DNA of 64,000 nucleotides from an uncultured Gemmatimonadota bacterium (GCA_964518305.1 CAZFDK010000005.1:8826-72825); one strand, 5' to 3'; counted from the stretch's first letter, positions 18,853 to 31,362 are shown. Notes: generated by a model not told the origin, from the sequence alone. Numbers and translations: made by a program.

Positions 18853-19410
18853 ATGGACGCGGCACACATTCACTTGATGCTGAACCACGTTCCCGTGCTG
18901 GGGGCCGTCTTCGGCGCCGTGCTGCTCGGCGTGGGCCTGCTCCGGAGCGACGAGACGTGGCAGCGGATCGCGCTCTGGATGCTGCTGGTCACGGGCGTGG
19001 CCAGCGTGGTGGTCTACCTCACCGGCGAGCCGGCCGAGGAGCTGGTGGAGGGAGCGGCGGGCTTCTCGCACGACGCCGTGGAGCGGCACGAGGAGATCGC
19101 GGAGTGGTCCATGTACACGGGCGGCGCCGTGGGCGCGGCGGCCCTCGGTGCCATCGGCTGGTCCCGGTCCCGCCCGCTCCCGCGAGGGCTGATGACGGGC
19201 CTCTTCGTCCTGAACCTGGCCCTGGTGGGCGTCGTGGCGTGGACGGCCAACTCCGGCGGCAAGGTCAGCCACCCCGAGCTCCGGGGCGAGACGGCCGCCG
19301 TCCGGGGCGGCGACGAGGACGGGAGCGGCGCTCCGGCGGCCGGAGACGGAGAGGAGCACCGGGGGGACGAGGGCGGAGAGGCGGAGGAGCACGGGGCCGG
19401 GAGCGGCTGA
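18853..19410 (+). CDS. Hypothetical integral membrane protein with acidic Gly/Glu/His-rich C-terminal tail
   Basis: Internal ATG 18853 after 'GGGAGG'. Four TM helices, then '…GGDEDGSGAPAAGDGEEHRGDEGGEAEEHGAGSG'. Confidence 0.5.
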   Translation: MDAAHIHLMLNHVPVLGAVFGAVLLGVGLLRSDETWQRIALWMLLVTGVASVVVYLTGEPAEELVEGAAGFSHDAVERHEEIAEWSMYTGGAVGAAALGAIGWSRSRPLPRGLMTGLFVLNLALVGVVAWTANSGGKVSHPELRGETAAVRGGDEDGSGAPAAGDGEEHRGDEGGEAEEHGAGSG

Positions 19411-19430
19411 GCCGACCCACCGGGCCGTCC

Positions 19431-20438
19431 TCACCGGCCGCCTCCCGGCTCCCCGGTCCGGCCCGTCCCGTCCTCCATGGGCACGGTCATCCGCATCTTT
19501 CGGCGGAGCAGCTCGGCGGGCACGGCCTCCCCCGCGCCCTCGAGGGCGGCGTCCTCCCAGGACCCGTAGACCGGATTCGGGACCACGATCCATCGCCGGC
19601 CCCACCACCGTTCTCCGACCCGCGGCTCTCGCGCGGGCCGGCCGCCCGGGCGAGCCACGGCCTCGCCCCGGACCCAGCGGCCGGGCTGGGGCTCGTCGGT
19701 GAAGTCGCCCAGGTTGTCTCCCATCAGCAGCAGGATCCGGTGTCCCTCGGCAACGTGCTCTCGGCGGGCCACCTTGGTGCCGTCCCAGCCGGGGCGCTCT
19801 CCCTCGGTGAGCAGCACGTCCAGGGTGTCGGCCAGGGGGAAGCCGAGCCGTTCGAGGTTCCGGCGCGTCGCTGGCTCCAGGTCGGCATCGCGATTCGTGA
19901 CGTAGAAGACACGCACGCCCCGCTCGCGGGCGAAGCGGGTGAAGGCGAGCGCCCCGGGGACCGCGGGAGCCCGGGCCTCGCGTACCCAGGGATCCCAGGT
20001 GTCGGGGCCGTAGGTGCCCCCGAGACGGATGAGGCGCGCCTGGTACGGCGAGTTGTCGAGCACCGTCTCGTCCACGTCCAGGATCACGGCCGGCGGCTTG
20101 GTCCGGTACGGCTCCTCCTGCTCCCGTGCCGCCGTCCAGGAGGAGTCACCGAGCGCCTCCTCCAGCCGAAGCCGGGCGAGCCGGTAGGCCTGGAGCGAGG
20201 CCCCGCGGAACTCGGCCGAGACCTGCGTCCACAGGGTGGCGTCCACGTCCCCGAGGGCCGGGTTCACCGCCGCCGTCGCGCCTCCGGCCACCGGCAGCGA
20301 GTCCCGCCGGGCGGTGGGGCCGGCCTCGGGGGCGGATCCGGCGGAGGTGGCGGCGCAGCCGGCGGCGCCGGCGGCCAGCGCGAGGGCCAGCGCCGCGGCG
20401 AGCAGCGGGCGCGGAAGGGAGGCGTGGGGACGGCTCAT
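19431..20438 (-). CDS. Class B acid phosphatase / 5'-nucleotidase lipoprotein e(P4)-family (HAD superfamily)
   Basis: Lipoprotein signal MSRPHASLPRPLLAAALALALAAGAAGC. HAD motif I 'DVDETVLDN'. 335 aa. Confidence 0.7.
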   Translation of the reverse strand: MSRPHASLPRPLLAAALALALAAGAAGCAATSAGSAPEAGPTARRDSLPVAGGATAAVNPALGDVDATLWTQVSAEFRGASLQAYRLARLRLEEALGDSSWTAAREQEEPYRTKPPAVILDVDETVLDNSPYQARLIRLGGTYGPDTWDPWVREARAPAVPGALAFTRFARERGVRVFYVTNRDADLEPATRRNLERLGFPLADTLDVLLTEGERPGWDGTKVARREHVAEGHRILLLMGDNLGDFTDEPQPGRWVRGEAVARPGGRPAREPRVGERWWGRRWIVVPNPVYGSWEDAALEGAGEAVPAELLRRKMRMTVPMEDGTGRTGEPGGGR

Positions 20439-20580
20439 GGCTTTTCGCTGCGTGGGAGGACGGTGAGGGCGCGCACGGACCCGAGGGTAGATGCAGCTCG
20501 GAGTCGCGGGAAGGGGGGAGCGGACCGACGGGGACCGCCGCCCGCCGGGCGGGGCGCTCCCCCTCGACCCCGGAGTCGGA

Positions 20581-23379
<2,799 letters not shown>

Positions 23380-23475
23380 GGGCCGATCTCTCCTGTGGTC
23401 GGGCTGCACGCTCGTGCTGCGGGCCGCCGGCCGGTCGGCCGGCGCTCGTGTCGAATCGATCCTAGGATTCAAAAG

Positions 23476-23569
23476 CTGACGCCGGGGACGCGGGGCGTCA
23501 GTCGGGAACGATCTGACGGGGGGGGTCGGGTATATCCCGGCTGGCTCGTGGGGGATCTCCCCACGAGCC
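23476..23569. terminator. Two strong GC hairpins plus an 11-bp palindrome between the methyltransferase 3' end and acnA 5' region
   Basis: CTGACGCC-N10-GGCGTCAG (23476-23501). GGGTATATCCC palindrome (~23527-23537). GGCTCGTGGGG-GATCT-CCCCACGAGCC (23543-23569). Likely a U-tract-independent terminator for the minus-strand methyltransferase and/or a regulatory structure of the acnA leader. Confidence 0.4.
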
Positions 23570-23590
23570 GGACTCCGGCGGGGGCTCCGT

Positions 23591-24274
23591 TCAGGAGTGG
23601 TCGGGCCGCTTACGGTAGAGAGCGTTCACGGTGACCCGCGTCCCCCCTTCGTGCTCGGCCTCCACGGTCTCGGTGGGCCGGTCCGGCACCAGGCCGTGGC
23701 GCGCCGCCTCGCGGTCCAGCCGGTCCGCCTCCAGGAGGAGGAGCGGGCCCGACGAGAAGCCGCGCCACAGGTGGTCGTGACCCTCGACCGGCCGGAGCCC
23801 CTCCTCGCCGGGAGACGACCCGGGGCCGAAGGTGGCGGACAGGAGCAGCCCTCCGGCCTTGAGGACCCGGGCGGACTCGCCCAGCGCATCACGGAGGTCC
23901 TCCAGATCGCGGGCGTGGTGATAGACACCCAGGGCGACGACCAGGGCGAACGAGGCATCGTCGAAGCGGCCGAGGTCCTGCATCCGGCCCCGCCGCACCC
24001 GGCGGCGCGCCTCCTCCGCCCCGATCACGTCCGAGATCCGGCGCCGTGTCTCTTCCACCATCGCCGGGGAGGTGTCGAGGGCGTGGACGTCGAACCCCCG
24101 TCGGGCCAGGAAGACGGCGTTCCGGCCCCCGGCGCACCCCACGTCGAGGACGCGGTCCGGGGAGTCCGCGTCCACGACTCCGCGGTCGACGAGCCGTCTG
24201 AGCCTGTGGTCGGGGTCGCGCCCGGCGAACCGTTCGACCTGCTCCGGCTGGTTCCAGAAGTCCTCCGTGCTCAC
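23591..24274 (-). CDS. Class I SAM-dependent methyltransferase
   Basis: Motif I 'VLDVGCAGGRNAVFLARRG', motif post-I 'ALD'. 227 aa. Confidence 0.7.
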   Translation of the reverse strand: MSTEDFWNQPEQVERFAGRDPDHRLRRLVDRGVVDADSPDRVLDVGCAGGRNAVFLARRGFDVHALDTSPAMVEETRRRISDVIGAEEARRRVRRGRMQDLGRFDDASFALVVALGVYHHARDLEDLRDALGESARVLKAGGLLLSATFGPGSSPGEEGLRPVEGHDHLWRGFSSGPLLLLEADRLDREAARHGLVPDRPTETVEAEHEGGTRVTVNALYRKRPDHS

Positions 24275-24296
24275 CCGGAACGCCGGGGCCCGCTCG

Positions 24297-26195
24297 TCAC
24301 TGGATACGGAGGACGAGGAGTCGACTCGTGGACGACGAGCCGAGGAGGGTGTTCCCGGGACCCGTCAGGCGCACCGTCAGGTCGTTGCCCGGCGGTGCCG
24401 AGACGCGGAAGTACCGTGCCGCCGAGCTCCGCACGTCCATGCTGACCGTCGTCCGCTGCGGGGACCCCAGGTCGGTCACCTCCAGCGGATAGACCTCGGG
24501 GAAGGCGGAGCCGGCACCCTCGTTCTCGTGGAGTTGCCGGAAGACCAGCGGCAAGTTCCAGGTCCGAAGCTGCAACCGGTCCGAGGTGTTCGGGACGGTA
24601 TCGTCGGCCGCCGGCACGGCGGCGAATTCGCGAATGAGGTCGTCCCACGACACGGTGCTGCCGGCGACCTGCTGCACCGCCGCCTCGACGTTGGTGATGC
24701 CGGTGGCCAGGTCCCCGCCCCCCCGGGCAAGCGCATGGAAGAGCTGCTGCTCGTTGCTGCCGGCCACCGCACCGCTCCCCGACGGACCGTAGTGGTCGCC
24801 GAGCCACCGCAGAAAGAGATAGGAGAATCCGCGCATCTCCAGCGATTCCGTCCCCCGGGGGTCCTCGACGGCCAGGGCTCTCGTGCTGTCCGGGTTGATC
24901 AGGAAGCGCCGGAGCCGCAGGAAGTTCTGGAGGTGGAAGTTGTTGAATTCATCGACCTTCGGGGAGTCCGCTGCCGCCTCGCTCAGGTCGAGGTTGGCCC
25001 GCACCGGCAGGCCGGCGCGCTTCAGTCCCACGACCTCCTCGGCGATGTGGGACAGGCCCTCGTCCAGCCAGGTGTCCTCGAGCTGGTTGAATCCCCCGCC
25101 CTGCTTGATGACACGGTTGCCGGTGTTGATCAGGTGCTCGAACTCGCCCGGGCTGGCGCCGATCCCGGACCGAAGCGCCGTTTCCACGGAGACGCTGTCG
25201 CTGAACTGGCCCGTGGGATCGGGGGCCAGGAGATAGACGATCTCGGCCTCGTTAGCCCCCGGGCAGGTGCCGTCCGTGTCGCTGCCGTTCTTGCTCGTGT
25301 CGCCCGAGTCTGCCAGGTCAGCAGGGACGAAGAAGCCGCCGATGCGGACGTCCGAGCCCCGCTCGGTGAGCCTGTTCACCTCGGGGGTGAACATCACGAG
25401 GACATGGCCGTTCCCGTCGATGTCGGTGGCCTGGCCGAAATACGCCTCCGGCACGCCGAGCACCGACCGGTCGTACTCGTCGGCCAACCCGGTCCAGTCG
25501 ACCTGTGAGACGGCGTCGTCGGCGATGGCCGTGTCGGCGAGGATGGCCACCTCCTGGCCGACCGACTCGACCTCGGCCGTGACCGTGTCCGCATCCGCCG
25601 TGTCGCAGCTGACGGAGAGATCGGATTGCACGGTGAGCCGTACCTGCAGCGTGTCCCCCTCGTCGGGCGGAGTGCCGCTGGGGAGGAGGGACTCGCGGCT
25701 GACCCCGCTGCGTGTGGAGTAGGAGGACCGGGACGCGGGGCGCGCGTTGCGGCGGTCCAGCTCCCGGAGGGCGTTCTGCCGGATCCGGCGCGTCAGCTCG
25801 CCTCCTCGCATCCGGCTCCGAGCCGAGGCCGGGGCCCCCCTCACCGAGAGCTGCGGAGGGGCGACGGGCGCCAGGGACCCGGAGGCACCGGAGCCGCCCT
25901 CGACCCGGAGTGCGAGCGACGTGAAGCCCGGGCTCCGGCTGGGCTCCTGGGACATGACCACGTACTCGGCGGGCCCATCCTCACCGGCGAGCCGGAAGGA
26001 CAGGCAGCCGTCGCTGTCGGGGCTTTCCGAGCGGAGCTCTCCCACGGAGAGCTGAAGGAGTTCACCGGGCTCGCAGTCGGACGGGCTGGTGATATCTCCT
26101 CCTCCGCACCCGGCGAGGAGAACCGCCGCCAGAACGAGGGCCGAAGCGGTGTCCTGCCGCGAGGGCACCGGTCCCCCGGGAGCGGCCGGGGTCAA
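24297..26195 (-). CDS. Large secreted lipoprotein of unknown function, co-transcribed with the BlaI-family repressor
   Basis: 632 aa. Lipoprotein signal '…ALVLAAVLLAGC'. No HExxH or other catalytic signature was spotted. Its start overlaps the BlaI stop by 4 nt. Confidence 0.6.
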   Translation of the reverse strand: MTPAAPGGPVPSRQDTASALVLAAVLLAGCGGGDITSPSDCEPGELLQLSVGELRSESPDSDGCLSFRLAGEDGPAEYVVMSQEPSRSPGFTSLALRVEGGSGASGSLAPVAPPQLSVRGAPASARSRMRGGELTRRIRQNALRELDRRNARPASRSSYSTRSGVSRESLLPSGTPPDEGDTLQVRLTVQSDLSVSCDTADADTVTAEVESVGQEVAILADTAIADDAVSQVDWTGLADEYDRSVLGVPEAYFGQATDIDGNGHVLVMFTPEVNRLTERGSDVRIGGFFVPADLADSGDTSKNGSDTDGTCPGANEAEIVYLLAPDPTGQFSDSVSVETALRSGIGASPGEFEHLINTGNRVIKQGGGFNQLEDTWLDEGLSHIAEEVVGLKRAGLPVRANLDLSEAAADSPKVDEFNNFHLQNFLRLRRFLINPDSTRALAVEDPRGTESLEMRGFSYLFLRWLGDHYGPSGSGAVAGSNEQQLFHALARGGGDLATGITNVEAAVQQVAGSTVSWDDLIREFAAVPAADDTVPNTSDRLQLRTWNLPLVFRQLHENEGAGSAFPEVYPLEVTDLGSPQRTTVSMDVRSSAARYFRVSAPPGNDLTVRLTGPGNTLLGSSSTSRLLVLRIQ

Positions 26196-26572
26196 CTCAC
26201 CGCTTTCTCGGTGCTCCGCTCCCCCTCGAGAAGCGCGCTGAGCTCGCGGGCCTCCTCCTCCGAGATCTCCTTCTGCTCGACCAGGGAGCTGAGGAGTGCC
26301 GTGGGGGAGTTTCGGAAGATCCGATCCAGGATGTATCCCACGGCGCTCCTGCCCGCCTCTTCACGGGCCACCGTGGGATAGTAGCGGTACGCCTTCCCCT
26401 CGCGCTCGTGGCGGACGTGCCCCTTCTCCTCCAGCGTCTGGAAGACCGTCAGGACGCTCGTGTAGGCGAGATCCTCCTCGATCTCCTCTTTCGCCTCCCG
26501 GACCGTGGAGGAGCCCCGATCCCAGAGAATGTTCATGATGTCCAGCTGCCGGTCGGTGAACTGAATGTCCAA
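26192..26572 (-). CDS. BlaI/MecI/CopY-family transcriptional repressor
   Basis: C-terminal 126 codons of the 511-aa track ORF: '(L)DIQFTDRQLDIMNILWDRGSSTVREAKEEIEEDLAYTSVLTVFQTLEEKGHVRHEREGKAYRYYP…' = penicillinase-repressor winged helix. Probable TTG start at 26572 preceded by AGGAGGA; alternative ATG at 26536. Confidence 0.75.
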   Translation of the reverse strand: MDIQFTDRQLDIMNILWDRGSSTVREAKEEIEEDLAYTSVLTVFQTLEEKGHVRHEREGKAYRYYPTVAREEAGRSAVGYILDRIFRNSPTALLSSLVEQKEISEEEARELSALLEGERSTEKAVS

Positions 26573-27175
26573 CAGAATCCTCCTGGCGTGTCGCCTGTCG
26601 AGGTCTGGGTTCTCGTTGCCCGTGTGCGCCGCAAGAGGGGGTTTTACGTACGGACATGCGGAAAGGTCCCCCCGGCAGGTGTCAGGACCGGAGCGAGTCA
26701 CTCGGCGTCTATCTGCCGCTCCAGCTCTTTTCTCAGGACCCGTAAGTTCGTTCTTGCCTTGACGAAGCGGTCCCGGTCGCCGGCCTCGACGGTCTCCCCG
26801 TCGGCCACCAGACGACAGGCCTCCAGTCCAGCGGCCAATGCCTCCAGCGTGTCGGGATAGACCGTGGCCCGGGCTTCCCGCCCGTCGCGTCCACTCTCCG
26901 GCTCCCCGTCGTCGTGGTCCAGCGTCCTCACCTCCCGCTTCCTGGCTCCCGTTCCGCCGCTCCGGCCGTCGATGCACGCCTCCGGGCCCGGAGGACCCGT
27001 GGACTGATAACTCAACCGGGTCCGCAATGGTCCGTGTTCCCGGCCACCCGGGTGCTGCAGCTACGCTGTTCGCCCGGCGGTGCGCCGCACCCACACCTTC
27101 CCATACCCTGTCGGCGGTCGCCGGTGCTACGTCGGTGATGGTGTACGTTGCGGCGGGAGAGGATGTAGAGCGCTC

Positions 27176-27622
27176 ATGGGCGTCGACTTCACAGCCGGGA
27201 TGGTGGTCGTCTTCGCCCTCACGGCGGCGGCCGCGGTGAGCTTCGCCATCGGCTGGCTCCCGGCGGAGATCACGGCCCTCGCGGTGGCGGTGCTCCTGGC
27301 CGTCCTGTCGCCGTGGACGGCCGTGGCCCCCGCCGACGCCATCGCCGGGTTCTCGAGCGCGGCCACGGTCACCGTTCTGGCCATGTTCATCCTGAGCGAA
27401 GGCGTGCGGCGGACGGGTATCGTCCACCGGCTCGGCGACCGTCTCCTTCCCCTCCGAGCGCGCGAGCGAGCGATGACGGCTGGCGGCCACCATCGGCCTC
27501 GGGGGATCGGCCGCGGGGCTCGTCAACAACACGCCGCTGGTGGCGGTGCTGATCCCCATGGACGTGCGGCTGGCCAGGCGCACGCGAAGCTCGCCGCCGT
27601 GGCCCTCCTCTGGACGGTGTGA
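27176..27622 (+). pseudogene. Remnant of a second DASS/SLC13-family anion permease (N-terminal ~100 aa intact, then frameshifted and truncated)
   Basis: 'MGVDFTAGMVVVFALTAAAAVSFAIGWLPAEITALAVAVLLAVL…FSSAATVTVLAMFILSEGVRRTGIVHRLGDRLL' parallels the N-terminus of the intact permease at 629..2404. The conserved 'LVNNTPLVAVLIPM' motif is found in a different frame (~27520-27560). The reading frame ends at 27622, 39 nt before the convergent S9 peptidase stop. Confidence 0.5.
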
Positions 27623-27660
27623 GGACGGGGTGGCGGCAGACGGGCTCTCGGGGGTCGGCC

Positions 27661-29799
27661 TCAGTTGTCGGCATCCTCCAGCGTCTGCCGGAAGAAGTCC
27701 GCCGTCCGACGGTACGCCTCGACCCAATGTCGGTGCATCAGGAAGTCGTGCACGTCGCCGGGAATCACGAACTCCTCGAAGGGGACGTCCCGGGCGCGGA
27801 GTCGCTCTGCCAGGCGGACGGATTCCCGGAATGGAACTGTCCGATCATCGTCGCCGTGGACGAAGAGTACCGGTGAGCTCCAGCTGTCGGTCCACGCCAT
27901 GGGCGACGAGCGCCAGGCCAGCTGCTGAACGGTCTCCAGCGAGTCCACCTGGTAGGGCAGGTCCACTCCGTCGAACTCGAACTCGATGTTCCAGTCGTGG
28001 ACGCCGTGGAAGTCGGCCCCGGCGGCGAAGAGATCGGACGCGCGTGCCAGCCCCAGCGCCGTCAGATATCCGCCGTAAGAGCCGCCGTAGAGGCCGATCC
28101 GGTCGCCGTCCACCTCGGGCCGACTCCGAAGCCAGAGTCCGGCGCCGAGGACGTCCAGGAACTCGCTGGCGCCGCGGGCGCCCCACCGGCGGGCCTCCCG
28201 GAACTCGAGGCCGTAGCCGATGCCGCTCCGGTAATTGAGCGACAGCACGACGTAGCCCTGGCTCGCCAGATGCTGGTTCATGGCGTACGAGTTGTGGTAA
28301 TAGCGCATGTAGTGCCAGCCCAGGAGCATCTGTCGCCGGGAGCCGCCGTGGAGAAAGAGCACGGCCGGGCGCCCGTCACCGGTCTCCGCTCCCGGCGGCA
28401 TGAAGAGCTGTCCGCGGACGCGCTTGCCGTCGGCCCCGGAGAGGGTGACCGGCTCGGGCTCCACCAGCCGCTTCCCGGGGAACTCCTCGGGCAGGTTCTG
28501 AGGCGCCAGTGCCCGGTCCTCGCCGTCCTCCGAGGCGATGCGGGCGTGTCCTGGCCGGCGCGCTCCCGAGGCCAGGTAGGCCACCGCGTCGCCCCCGGAG
28601 GCGACGACCGGGGACCACTGGATGCCGTCGTCCGACGTCAGCCGCCGCGCCTCACCCCGGCCGTCGGTCGGGACGCGCCACACGTGACGGCGGTCGAGGT
28701 CCCCGATGTTCGAAGTGTACAGCACGGCCTCCCGGTCCGGTGTCATCGCGGCGCTCTCGACGATCCCGTCGCCCGGGGTCAGCTTCACGGGCTCGCCTCC
28801 CCCCACCGGCAGGGCGTAGAGGTGGCGCCAACCGTCCCGCTCCCACGGAAAAACCAGGCGATCATCGCTGCTCCAGAGCAGCTGCCGCTCGCCGGCCAGG
28901 GGATAGAAGGCGCTGCCCCTGCCCTCCGGCGCTTTCCAGACCACGCGGCCCTCGCCGGAATCCGCGTCCGCCACCCGGAGCTCCCAGCCCGGTCCGGTGC
29001 GGTCGGTGGCGTAGGGCGGATCGGAGGCGGTGTGGACGCGGATGAACGCCACCTGGCTCCCGTCCGGCGACCACGCCGGGCTACGGTCCTCCGACAGGCC
29101 AGGGTCGAGGTACGTGAGGTCGTCGGAGCCGGGATCGTAGATCGCCACGAAGGCGTGCTCCCCGCGGTCGGTGACGAAGGCGATGCGGTCGCCCGACGGG
29201 GACCACCTGATCTCCTCCACGCTCCCCTTCTCGCGCACCGCGCGTCGGGCTTCGCCGTCCCCGGCCGCCGGCACCAGCCACAGGTCGCCGTCCCGGACGA
29301 GAGCCACCCGGCGTCCGTCGGGTGAGGGGGCGGGGCTGTGTCCCTCGGCCAGCCTCGTCGGATCGCCGTCTCCCGAGACGGGGACGCTCCAGATGGCCCG
29401 CTCCCGGCCGCCCGGGGCGTGCGACGGGTTGGGGCTGAGGCCGGCGTCGTTCGGCGCCCCGCCCCGCACGTAGACCACGCGCCGGCCGGTGCCCGTGAAG
29501 GACACGTCACCGATGGCCTGGCCGTCGTCGCGGGCGTAGGGCGTGACGCGCCGACCCCGGTAGTCCGGCGGGGCGGCCACGTAGACGTTCCGGACGCCCT
29601 CCTCGTACAGCGCCCACGCCAGTCGTCCGCCCTCCGGCGCCGCCGTGAGCTCCGAGGGGAAGGGGGCGCTCATGACTTCGGCCACGGTGAGGCCCTCCCG
29701 GGCGTCCTGCGCACCCGCCCGTTCCGGGAGGGCCAGCAGGGCGCCGGCGGCGAGGGTCAGCGCGAGGACGGCGACGCGGGAGCCTGCGGCGAAGCGCAT
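27661..29799 (-). CDS. S9-family serine peptidase (prolyl oligopeptidase / acylaminoacyl-peptidase-like) with N-terminal beta-propeller, secreted
   Basis: Signal peptide MRFAAGSRVAVLALTLAAGALLALPERAGAQ. WD40/TolB-like propeller repeats. Catalytic region 'LYGGSYGGYLTALG' (GxSxGG) with downstream Asp/His (…VHGDDDRTVP…GDVHDF). Confidence 0.85.
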   Translation of the reverse strand: MRFAAGSRVAVLALTLAAGALLALPERAGAQDAREGLTVAEVMSAPFPSELTAAPEGGRLAWALYEEGVRNVYVAAPPDYRGRRVTPYARDDGQAIGDVSFTGTGRRVVYVRGGAPNDAGLSPNPSHAPGGRERAIWSVPVSGDGDPTRLAEGHSPAPSPDGRRVALVRDGDLWLVPAAGDGEARRAVREKGSVEEIRWSPSGDRIAFVTDRGEHAFVAIYDPGSDDLTYLDPGLSEDRSPAWSPDGSQVAFIRVHTASDPPYATDRTGPGWELRVADADSGEGRVVWKAPEGRGSAFYPLAGERQLLWSSDDRLVFPWERDGWRHLYALPVGGGEPVKLTPGDGIVESAAMTPDREAVLYTSNIGDLDRRHVWRVPTDGRGEARRLTSDDGIQWSPVVASGGDAVAYLASGARRPGHARIASEDGEDRALAPQNLPEEFPGKRLVEPEPVTLSGADGKRVRGQLFMPPGAETGDGRPAVLFLHGGSRRQMLLGWHYMRYYHNSYAMNQHLASQGYVVLSLNYRSGIGYGLEFREARRWGARGASEFLDVLGAGLWLRSRPEVDGDRIGLYGGSYGGYLTALGLARASDLFAAGADFHGVHDWNIEFEFDGVDLPYQVDSLETVQQLAWRSSPMAWTDSWSSPVLFVHGDDDRTVPFRESVRLAERLRARDVPFEEFVIPGDVHDFLMHRHWVEAYRRTADFFRQTLEDADN

Positions 29800-30129
29800 G
29801 GGAACCTCCGGTGGCGGAGCGTGGCGGGTGCGACGAGGAAGCGTTCGGCCGGCGGGCCCGGAGCCCGCCCGGGGCGAATATCACGGTCACGCAGGGCGGG
29901 AGAAAGCGCTTCGATGGCGGTGGGCGATCGGCCATCTTGTAATGAGTACGACGCGACGGGTGGCGGAGCTGCCACTCTGCGGAGGAAGCGCCCCCTCGTG
30001 GCTCTTCGAGCGGATGACCGACCTGGCCGGCGCCGGATATCGCCGAGCGGGAGCGGGCCGACGCGCTGGAGCGGATCGCCGGTCTCACCGACGAGTAGCC
30101 GCAGCAGGAATCACGGACACGGGAGGAAC

Positions 30130-30444
30130 ATGGACGTCAGCCGCTGGAACGACCGACACGACGACGAGGAAGAGCCGGACGCGGAGACGCTCCGCGCCGA
30201 GCTGGAGGGGAAGGGGTACACGGTCTCGCGGCACGTGTACCGCCCGGGCACCTATTTCGACGAGCACAACCACCGGCACGACAAGATCGACGCCGTGGTC
30301 TCGGGACGCTTCCGGATGACCGCAGACGGGCAAGAGGTGGTGCTCGGAGCCGGAGACTGGGCTTCGATCCCGGCCGGCACCACGCACACGGCCAGGGTGC
30401 TCGGCGACGAGCCCGTGGTCAGCCTGGACGCCACGCGCGCCTGA
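30130..30444 (+). CDS. Cupin-domain protein
   Basis: 104-aa C-terminal part of the 368-aa track ORF starting at ATG 30130 after GGGAGGA. 'FDEHNHRHDKIDAVVSG…WASIPAGTTHTARV' cupin motifs. Confidence 0.6.
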   Translation: MDVSRWNDRHDDEEEPDAETLRAELEGKGYTVSRHVYRPGTYFDEHNHRHDKIDAVVSGRFRMTADGQEVVLGAGDWASIPAGTTHTARVLGDEPVVSLDATRA

Positions 30445-30708
30445 CCCGGTCGGGGCACGGTGCCCGCCCTTCGGGCCCGCAGCCGGAACCGCGCAGGGCC
30501 GGAGCCGGGTGCTGATGTGGGGAGATCTCCTCGGGGAGACGTCGGGAAGAACTCGCGGTAGACCCGAAACCGGGCAAAAAGACTTTTCAACACGCTGAGG
30601 ACGGGACAGACTCTCGCATGAACTCGCATGGACGAGGATCTGCGGCGGTACCGACGAGCCGTAGCGATCGAGTTTAAGCACGTCGGGAACTCAACGGAGG
30701 GTCGAGCC

Positions 30709-31362
30709 ATGAAGAAGAGCCTGAGCATCGCCGCGGTATTCACTGCCCTGTTGCTGATCGCCACTCCCGCTGCGCTCAGCGCGCAGGGCGCGAGCACATT
30801 CAATGTCGACGCCCGGGGTGGCGTGGAGGTCCCGGTCTCCGACATGGCGGACGTGGCGGACCTCGGTCCGACCGCGGGCGCGTCGGTCCGTTATCGGGTT
30901 CACCCGCGAGTCGACGTTCGTGTCGACGGCGAGCTCGGATTGCTCTCCGGGCTCGAGGGGGAGACCGCAACACCGGACGTGGAACTGTGGAGAGCCATGG
31001 GCGGGGCGAACGTCCGGATCCTGGGTGCAGCGAGCCCGGTGGACGTCTCGGCTCACGTCCTCGGCGGCCTCACCTCCTACAACACCGAGATCTTCCCCCA
31101 GGTGGTCTTCGACCCCGAGACGGGTGAGGCCGTGGGCGACTTCGGCGAGACCTATCCCACCGTCGCCGGCGGCCTGGAGATCGGATATCCCGTCTTCAGC
31201 TCCATGAATCTCTCCGGGGACCTCTTCGTCCGGGGATCCTGGACGCTGATGTTCACCGACGAGGCGGAGACGGCCATCTTCAACGAGTTCCGCTCCGGCA
31301 TCGGCGGCTTCGACCAGGCGACGACGGTTCCCGTCACGCTGGGGCTGAAGCTGGGCTTCTGA
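30709..31362 (+). CDS. Small outer-membrane beta-barrel protein (OmpA-like/OmpW-like 8-strand barrel family)
   Basis: Signal peptide MKKSLSIAAVFTALLLIATPAALSAQG. Alternating amphipathic beta-strand pattern. C-terminal 'LGLKLGF' aromatic terminus typical of OMPs. Confidence 0.65.
   Translation: MKKSLSIAAVFTALLLIATPAALSAQGASTFNVDARGGVEVPVSDMADVADLGPTAGASVRYRVHPRVDVRVDGELGLLSGLEGETATPDVELWRAMGGANVRILGAASPVDVSAHVLGGLTSYNTEIFPQVVFDPETGEAVGDFGETYPTVAGGLEIGYPVFSSMNLSGDLFVRGSWTLMFTDEAETAIFNEFRSGIGGFDQATTVPVTLGLKLGF

Noticed and set aside
26698-27027. 109-aa minus-strand ORF upstream of the BlaI-family gene
   Set aside because: No start context or domain. Lies in the probable promoter/operator region of the BlaI-family gene and overlaps antisense to the permease remnant, so it was not called.
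26192-27727. 511-aa minus-strand ORF
   Set aside because: Only the C-terminal ~126 codons (BlaI-like repressor) are credible. The upstream 380 codons are Arg/Gly-rich and run antisense to the permease remnant.
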